Below, piece after piece: positions 55,758-64,000 of a stretch of DNA of 64,000 bases. The position numbers and the translations under genes are program-made. The stretch covers positions 3,410,001-3,474,000 of the forward strand of contig NC_043018.1 of assembly GCF_006345805.1 (NCBI RefSeq). Direction: 5' to 3'. The number at the start of each line of letters is the position of its first letter. Positions within the stretch are counted from its first letter, which is position 1. The notes below the pieces were generated by a model. It did not search any database, was not told the origin of the DNA, and was given only the letters and a program-made list of their open reading frames with translations. The stretch is from Octopus sinensis. Taxonomy: Eukaryota.

Positions 55758-56168
55758 AGGAGTGGCTGTGTGGTAAGTAGCTTGTTTACCAACCACGGGT
55801 TCAGTCCCACTACGTGGCACCTTGGGCAAGTGTCTTCTACTATAGCCTCGGGCCGACCAAAGTCTTGTGAGTGGATTTGGTAGACGGAAACTGAAAGAAG
55901 CCCGTCGTATATATGTATATATATATATATTATATATATATATATTATATATATATATATATATATGCGTGTGTGTGTTTGTGTGTCTGTGTTTGTCCCC
56001 CTAGCATTGCTTGACAACCGATGCTGGTGTGTTTATGTCCCCGTTACTTAGCAGTAATAAGTACTGGGCTTACAAAAGAATAAGTCCCGGGGTCGAGTTG
56101 CTCGATTAAAGGCGGTGCTCCAGCATGGCCGCAGTCAAATGACTGAAACAAGTAAAAGAGTAAAGAGT
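55758..56168 (+). mobile_element. SINE family B
   Basis: Homologous to 11835-12295. Confidence 0.88.
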
Positions 56169-56169
56169 A

Positions 56170-56241
<72 letters not shown>

Positions 56242-56306
56242 ATAGAGAGAGAGAGGAGAGAGAGAAAGAGGGAGAGAGGGGGAGAGACAGACATGCATGT
56301 GTTGTA

Positions 56307-56750
56307 CAAGGGGGTACCCAAAATTAACCAGAAACGTTCTCTGTGAGACAAGCCCGTTGCAGTTCAGGCTTCTACCCCTAGAAGCCACTTGAGGCGATCC
56401 TCAGGCATCAATCTGCTGACCGGCGTCGGCCACTAAACTCGTACTGCCACCTGGTGTGTCTTTGTTTTGCAGTGTTTCTCCCTTGTTTGTCGATTTTTGC
56501 GATGGTTTAAGCGAAGGAACCGCGTGCTTCCGTGAAATTCTGTTTTCTGCTGGAAAAACGGCGGCCGAAAAAGGTCTCATGTTTCAAACATATTACAAAG
56601 ACGCTGCCACGATCAAAACACAAGTTTATGAGTGGTTTCCACGCTTTAGAAAGGATCACTTGTCGTTGGGGACCAACTTTATTCAGGGTAGCTGTCGACC
56701 TCCGGAACGAATGAAAACATGAATATTCATGAACTTGGAAAACATTGTAC
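56307..56750 (+). mobile_element. mariner remnant (TIR plus HTH)
   Basis: TA|CAAGGGGGTACCCAAAA TIR; KFCF.L, GKTAAE, YKDAATIKTQVYEWFPRFRK. Confidence 0.75.
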
Positions 56751-56873
56751 ATGGCTGCTTATATCAATTTTTATGTACACATCAGCTATTCGCTAAATCA
56801 TCCATAAATTTGTATGCTAAATACATATATGCTGACAGTGGATTAAGCCCGGAAAAAGCCGAACGAGCGGTCC

Positions 56874-56915
56874 CTGCTGAATAGGCTACGGAAATAGCCG
56901 AAAATGAACGTCCAG
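56874..56915 (+). ncRNA. Degenerate hammerhead motif
   Basis: CTG-CTGAATA-GGCTA cggaaa TAGCC-GAAA-ATGAAC-GTC-CAG; G8 replaced by U. Confidence 0.5.
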
Positions 56916-57104
56916 TTTAGAGAATTCTAGAGTCGGTGTTTCTGAGCGATTTCAGCCCCTGTGAGCATGCATGTATACAATTATGTGATTCTACTACAGC
57001 ATTAGAGCATTTTAGTTCTTATTTCTAGCAATGTAGATGTCTTAACACCTTTCGTCGCATTTAGAGACAATTATAGCAGTTTACATTAATTTATATATTA
57101 GCAT

Positions 57105-57505
57105 CTCTCTCTATCCGCTCAGTCGAAGTCGACTCTCGGTCACTCGATGGATCAGTGTCCTCCAGTCAGTTCTATCCTGGGTCGCTTCTTTCAGATTGGC
57201 CATGTCCATTCCGGTATCACTCTTGATGGTGTCAAGCCAGCGGGTTCTTGGTCGGCCTCTTCCTCTCTTGCCACTGACCATTCCGAGCATGATGTCCTTC
57301 TCCAGGGATTTTCTCCGCATAATATGACCAAAATATGCCAATCTATGCTTGGTGATACTAGCTTCTAGCGGCATTTTCGGCCTTATCTGCTTAAGAACTT
57401 CTCCATTGGTGAGCCTCGCTGTCCATGGAATCCGTAAAAGTCTTCTCCGACACCAAAGCTCGAATGCATTAATTCTCTTCTGCGTACGTGCTTCAGTGTA
57501 ACTAT
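57105..57505 (-). mobile_element. RTE/BovB-like LINE 3' end, 5'-truncated, frame intact
   Basis: RINAFELWCRRRLLRIPWTAR..YFGHIMRR.SLEKDIMLG..GKRGRGRPRTRWLD. Confidence 0.88.
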
Positions 57506-58040
57506 GGGATGAAGAGGTGCAATGTGACTTGTCCACGATGTCTAAAACAAACTAAATTATAAAAACACTCACACACACACACACATACACGGACGGAAAG
57601 GGACAACCCGATGACAAACCAAGCTTAGTTGTATGCTCGCTTACCAAAATTTGAAATTACACCTATGGATCTCAAACTGAATATCACTTAGCTCTTGCCC
57701 AATTATTTATAGAATTATTTTGTTCCCTAATCTCCTTCATTACTGAGATCCCAAAACTGAGTTTATCCTTATGTAACACTTCTTATTCATCGTGATTTTG
57801 GAGAAGTTTAACAAGCTTTAAACCCATTTTAATTTCATTAATCTTAATAGATAGTGCATTACACCACGTGATGCTATAGCACTATTATCCAATGAGCATC
57901 AATGGAGTAAAGTCCGTTATTCTCTCAATATATATGTAGATATATTTATATAAACATTTATCAAATGTACGTATGAAATTATGTATTCTTTATGCACATA
58001 TTTATCTGTATATATATATATCTGTATGTATGTATGTATG

Positions 58041-58079
<39 letters not shown>

Positions 58080-58190
58080 ATATATATGCCTGATGTAATC
58101 ATATCCATGCGCATAATGTGTGTGAGAGAGAGAGTGTAAGTGAATGCGCATATGTGTTTGTGTGTGTTTGTGCTCGTGTGTGTGTGTGTG

Positions 58191-58266
<76 letters not shown>

Positions 58267-58595
58267 AAGTGAGTTATAAATATATAGAGAGATATAGATA
58301 TACAGATATATATATACGCTTAGTGGTATTCCGGTAAATATATACAACACGGTCGTGTATATATAATCGTACAACAATGCAGTCGTAACAATTCCCCCGG
58401 GGTGTTTATTCTTTGTGATGCATGAGAAGATACAGCACAACTGTGTCACGACTCCATGATAATCTTATACACACATAAACCGTGTATGTACTGTTAATGT
58501 CAAAGACACAAGGAACTCGATAAGACTGTTCAACGCTATTGTTCTATTGATCTGAAAGATGGCGTCTTGCTCTTCAAATGGTGATTGTGGCATCG

Positions 58596-58712
58596 GTGGT
58601 GGTGGTGGTGGTGGTGGTGGTGGTGATTGTGGTGGTGGTGGTGGTGGTGGTGGTGGTGGTGGTGGTGGTGGTATTGGTGGTGGTATGGTGGTGGTGGTGG
58701 TGGTGGCGGCGG
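58596..58712. repeat. (GGT)n trinucleotide repeat
   Basis: Read directly. Confidence 0.95.
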
Positions 58713-59438
58713 ATGAGGTGTTGGTGGTGTGTCCGTTGATAATTATGTTGATTTCATAAGTGTTTGTTTTTATGAACATTTCGTGGTATTGCTTTTGTTT
58801 TGTGTGTTTGTCCTGCGTTCGATTACCCTGTCTCCGATTACGTGGAATATCCCAGGTTGATTGGAAAATGTCACATTTAATCATCGCATCTCCATTACTT
58901 CTTCCGGTTAATACTTGTCAGCGTGTACACACGAGAACCAAAGTGGGAACAGCTAATCTAGGTTATCTCTCCATTTAGGAGAAACAGTAGCCAAATCTTC
59001 TTCAAATAACAACACCCTTTGGATCAAACCGTATCAGTCCCAGCGGATTTCTCACGTAAACATGATTAGGTGACTGATGTTCTGGCTTGCCAGCTGGGCG
59101 GTTGGTTACTTGGTTGGCTGACTTGCTGGTCGGTTGGTTGGTTGGCTTGCTGGCTGGTTGGCTGGTTGGCTGGTTAGCTGACTGAGTGGCTCGATGGATT
59201 AATGGTTGGATGGATGGGTGGATGGATGAATGGATGGATGGTGTATGTGTCTATAAGACTAGCGCTGAATATGCATGCATACACATACAACCGTACGTAG
59301 ATACATACATGTACATGCATACGTACACACTCATACATAGATGTTCGTAGAGAATTTATGAATAAAACACAAAAGACGAAGACGGGTGTGTAAACAACAA
59401 ACACATGTATTAGTTTAACGCTCGGGAAGTGAGAAAGT

Positions 59439-59474
59439 CTTTTACGTTTCGAGCCTACGCTCTTCAACAGAAAG
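59439..59474 (-). ncRNA. Hammerhead motif with core variant CTGTTGA
   Basis: CTTT-CTGTTGA-AGAGC gtag GCTC-GAAAC-GTA-AAAG, inside element 59350-59535. Confidence 0.7.
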
Positions 59475-60318
59475 GGACACAGAAATAAACAGGGAGAGAA
59501 AAATAGAAAAAGGTTTAGTAGCTAGCGATCTACCTATATTTATAGGATACGAAAAGACATGTATATGGGTACAAATTAATCTACACGCACACACACAATT
59601 GCATACAAACATGCACACATAGTACCCACACAACAACCAGTTCATCAAAACTCATGAGCTGTCCTTATTTATACAAAAGGAAAGGCAACATTTCTCAAGT
59701 GATTACAGGAAGAAGGAAAGAAAAAATTGCTTGTATCTATCTTCTGAAACATGGAGATGGTTTTGAAATTCCGTCAAATGAACATCTGAAAACAGCCCCA
59801 TCAGAAGCGTGAGGGAAAATAACCTGTTCTATACAATGGCGTATGGTAGTTGTTGTCACTGAGTATGCTGCTTCACTGACCATAGTATGACTTGCATTAG
59901 TATTACTAAAATTAGGCATACGAACTGTGTATTTCGATTCAAAATGCGGGATCCGAAATGTAAACGCAAAGTTTCTTTGAAAATTAAACACGAAACGATA
60001 ATACACGAAATAGTTTTTTTCACAAAATTATTTCTCCAAAATGAAATCATTCAAATTTAGGAAAAACTTCGCTTGGCATAATACAAGCTATAAAAACCTC
60101 ACGAAGGTTACGATTTAAGCTACGAAGCTCTTATATTTTGTTACTAATCAGTATATAATCACTGAAAATTAAATTAAAGGCGCGTATTTCTGTGACTATA
60201 AAAGCATTTAAGATCAATACTAATTAATTTTTTTAAATGCATAAGCACACAACTCAGAAAATCACAAATTTCACAGAGCAACCTTTCACAAATTTGTAGT
60301 GTTGGATTCCTCGTACCA

Positions 60319-60475
60319 GGACAGCTACACCACCCACCCACCCATAAGACAATTCCCCCCTCCCCGACGACAACTACCCACTACGACAATTACCCCTGTT
60401 GTCCTCAGGGTAATTGTCTTTCGTGCGGGGATGGGGGGAGTTAGTGTCCATGGGGGGAGAGTAAATGTCCTGGAC
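60319..60475. mobile_element. GC-rich imperfect foldback (MITE-like) with GACAATT.CCCC subrepeats
   Basis: GACAATTACCC/GGGTAATTGTC inner stem; C-rich left arm, G-rich right arm. Confidence 0.55.
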
Positions 60476-61558
60476 TCGGTGTGCTAACAGAGCCAGCATT
60501 CGACCTGACTTAAGTTTTGTTTCTGGCTTCTAAAAGTGTTTTATTAGTTTTGAAAACAAATTAAGACCGAAGTTATATGATATTGTATGAAAAAAAACTA
60601 CTAAAAAACTATTAGTTTTAATTTTTGGAATTTTAAGTTGATTTAAACGTACGACTTCTCGCTACGAAAACGAACTCGCAACCGTGCTGTCAAAGTTGTC
60701 TCACACCCTTCGTCATTCATTTTTTACCGTTCTTCCATCTACGATATATGCCCGGTACTGTATTATGACACAAAGTGCTGTGATGTGTGCAGTGTTATTG
60801 TAGGACACCCACCACCAAATTTCAAACGGGTAAAACAAAAGTTTTCCATTATGATTGATGATTAAATTAATGAGTAAAAGTTAATATTTATAATGAAATT
60901 TGTCATTTTCGATGGATGTGGAGTGCACACCTAGCACACTCGGAATCACCCCTGGAGAAGAAATAGTTTGGTCATTGTCTTTTTTTTATGTCCAAAACAT
61001 TGTCCAAATACATACTAATACAGAAAAGCACTCGGCCACCTATACATTTGTGACCCTGAATTTAGTTCAACAAAATACAAGGACGACATTTAAGGACATT
61101 GGCATCGGCGTTGATCCCTTGTTTGTTGCTGTTGTATATCTGTATGACGTGGTGGTCAGTGTAAGAGTGACAAAGGATGACATATGCTGAGAAGTAGTCA
61201 GAAATGGTTGTCTACTACAAAACCACAGTTCCTAGGACACCATGGATGTTCTGTCGCTGGTGCAGAAACAATATGAGACTCGTGTCGCAGAGCGAAATGT
61301 ATAACAGCTGTCTGTTATGGAATGGAAGGGTTTCTGAAGGCCATTTGCCTTAAAAGATTCGAAGTTGGTGAAGACTAATAGACACCACAACGTTAGCAGC
61401 AAACTCCTTTCTCTCATAAACAACGGGTTTTAGTTTCGGAGTGGTGGAGACCACCCCGATTTTTGTCATACTCCAAAATACCTGGTTACTTGTATCTTTA
61501 ATTCTCTCGCCGTTGGATTGTTCTATACCATCCGATGATACACTATATCTATTAATTT

Positions 61559-61790
61559 AGGGCGGCGAGCTGGTAGAAACGTTAGCACGCCGGGCGAAAT
61601 GCGTTGCCGTATTTCGTCTGCCGTTACGTTCTGAGTTCAAATTCCGCCGTAGTCGACTTTGCCGTTCATCCTTTCGGGATCGATAAATTAAGTACCAGTT
61701 ATGCACTGGGGACGATGTAATCGACTTAATCCGTTTGTCTGTCCTTGTTTGTCCCCCTCTGTGTTTAGCCCCTTGTGGGTAGAAAAGAAA
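61559..61790 (+). mobile_element. SINE family A
   Basis: Canonical head and tail. Confidence 0.88.
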
Positions 61791-61794
61791 ATTA

Positions 61795-63450
61795 TATCTA
61801 TTAATCCCAAATTCCCTCCAAATATCCTTACTGTCGAAACCAGACCATTTATTTTACACATTCTTACCGAACATCTATATGAAACAGGTGATTCAACTTT
61901 TCTTCACGTTTCAGTGTGCATCCCGGTTTCTCTTTCCATATCTGCCGGAGGGGCATCATACAATCACAAACAGAAATGGTGATAGACTACTTCCTCGAAA
62001 TATGCCTCAACTGATGTTAATCTTAGCCAGAAATTCTACACATATTAACTCTGCATTCCAGTTCTTCATTGATTTGATAAAATTTAAGATGATTCCAGAC
62101 ACCTTTACCAACTTTCTAAAATCCAGGATCGAGGGACCATGTCATAAGCTCTTTTATAATCCATTCACGCCATACCCAAACTAACGTCTTCCCTTACAGT
62201 CGTTCAGCACCATTCTGTATATCGGAAGTTGATCTTTCATCTCTCGGCTTCTTCTCCTGCATCCGTTCTATTCCACTGGCAGTTTGTCATTCATTTCAAG
62301 AATGTCATACACACAATTAGATATTACTAGCAGTATCGCCCGGCGTTGCTCAGGTTTGTAAGGGAAATAACTATAAAGCATTTTTAGAGAGTTATAGCCA
62401 AAAAATAGCAAAAAAATGGAAAAAAATGATGGTAAATTTTTTTTGAGAGTTAAAAAAGGTGGAGTTGCGTCCCCTAGACAGTTTGTGGTTTGTGTTTCTG
62501 ATTCTCGACCCCATGTCGAATTTATCGGTTTTTTTTCAGAACTGGGGGAACTTTTCAAAATTTTCGCTGCGTTAGTTTTGAATTATGACATTGGGCTATG
62601 TGTGTGTCAAGTTTCATCAGAATCGGTTGAAAGCCGTGGTCAGGGTGAGGGTACGAGCAAACAGACACACAGAAACACGCACAGACAAACTGCCGTTTAT
62701 ATAGAGAGAGATTCCTGTCATCAACCTCCACATCAAGGATAGGCGGGAGATTGTCTGCTAATTATCCACTGCTTCACCTTTTCTAGGGTTCCTTTCGTAA
62801 AGAACCGTTTTTCCCTGTGATCATCCACTTCGGGATTTCCACACGGTTGTTGATCATTTCATCCCTGTGCGCAGCTGTTCTTTCGTATAATGAATTTTTC
62901 AGCCTTGTACACTATCTGGGCCTGGACATTTCTAGTTTCGGACCTTTGTTGTCACAATTTCAGTTGTTATCTTTTTATTGTTCCGTTTCACTTCATATTT
63001 ATCCGACCTTAAATTCCTTCAACCATTCAGCATCTTACGATTCTCAGATGTTACTCCCAAACCTCCTACTCTCCTCAGGATCTGGTTACTCATTACTGTT
63101 AACCTTTCCATTCATCTGCTGTTAAACTCTCACCGTGTTTTCGATTCTCACCCTCTTCTTGATCTCAACAAGTTCTAAGTTTAACTATCCGTTCTTCTTT
63201 ATTATCCATGCATGGTTACACAGTTTCTATTCCGTAATATCTAAGCCCTGCCTCTCCATCCAGATGTCATGCATTCCCTTTCTGTATCCTCTTCTCATCT
63301 TCTCTTCACCATCATCAGGTCTGCTCAAAAAATAACATTCCATGACAGTTATATTCGTCTCCTCAGACCATCTTGTTCTAGCAGCCGTGCAATGACGACC
63401 GACCCAGTGCTGCTCTCTCACAAGACACCTGCAGGCTGAGATGCCGTCAC
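61795..63450 (-). mobile_element. R4/Dong-like LINE 5' portion, decayed
   Basis: RTRWSEETNITVMECYFLS..RGYRKGMHDIW matches the R4/Dong N-terminal domain; multiple stops. Confidence 0.7.
62327..62711 (-). mobile_element. Non-autonomous Helitron, intact ends
   Basis: Minus strand A|TCTCTCTCTATATAAAC..CCTGAGCAACGCCGGG.ATACTG-CTAG|T; inserted between A and T with no TSD. Confidence 0.85.
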
Positions 63451-63471
63451 CTGAAGATCAGCCCTCATTTA

Positions 63472-63705
63472 AAAGGCGGAGAGCTGGCAGAAACGTTAGC
63501 ATGCCGGGCGAAATGCGTAGCCGTATTTCGTCTGCCGTTAAGTTCTGAGTTCAAATTCCGCCGAGGTCGACTTTGCCTTTCATCCTTTCAGGGTCGATAA
63601 ATTAAGTACTAGTTACGCAATGGGGTCGATGTAATCGACTTAATCCCTTTGTCTGTCCTTGTTCGTCGCCTCTGTGTTTAGCCCCTTGTGGGTAGTAAAG
63701 AAATA
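63472..63705 (+). mobile_element. SINE family A
   Basis: Canonical head and tail. Confidence 0.88.
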
Positions 63706-64000
63706 GATCACGTTATCACGTTAACCGCCGCGTGTACCACGGGCAGTTCATCTCAAACTTCCCACATCACCGGTGGTACTTTTCATAATTTGAGAAAATA
63801 TCTTATTTTGCATCTTTGACATGATTTCGAGGATATTTAAATAACATGAGTGATAAATATTAAAGTTTAATAATGAAATATTGTAAAAATACAAAAAAAA
63901 AAAAGAAATTACATTTCCTTGTAAATAAAGAGTATGCAGTGTGATTGCGAAATACGAGGCGTCCCCGGTAAGTTCGAGTAACGGGCCGTGGCGGCTAACG

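Noticed and set aside
58465-58884. Polyproline ORF (139 aa)
   Set aside because: Product of a (CCA)n microsatellite; no domain or in-frame splice support.
61030-61490. Possible Merlin-type transposase remnant on the minus strand
   Set aside because: Only faint motifs (TTISDYFSAY); too degenerate to call.

Overview
AT-rich, microsatellite-saturated eukaryotic genomic DNA. The SINE families and simple-repeat load suggest a cephalopod, probably Octopus (inference). The one host gene is a two-pore-domain K+ channel (K2P, TRESK/TWK-like) on the minus strand: two coding exons (48295-47896 and 25148-24223, 441 aa) joined across a 22.7 kb phase-1 intron that splits the P1 GYG filter. The rest is repeats: three tRNA-derived SINE families, Penelope-like elements (PLEs), RTE, R4/Dong-like and HERO-like LINE remnants, Tc1/mariner/pogo remnants, non-autonomous Helitrons, MITEs and a 100-N gap with a probable false duplication. 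The most striking signal, not explained by the ORF track, is about 18-20 hammerhead-ribozyme (HHR) motifs read by eye, 9 with intact catalytic cores. They sit in PLE tails, in (TA)n-embedded foldback elements, in a tRNA-headed SINE-like element, and as a topologically scrambled HHR-like fold in a HERO-like 3' UTR. Nearly all short ORFs in the track are microsatellite or repeat artefacts. Repeat boundaries are approximate and no ribozyme activity can be shown from sequence alone.
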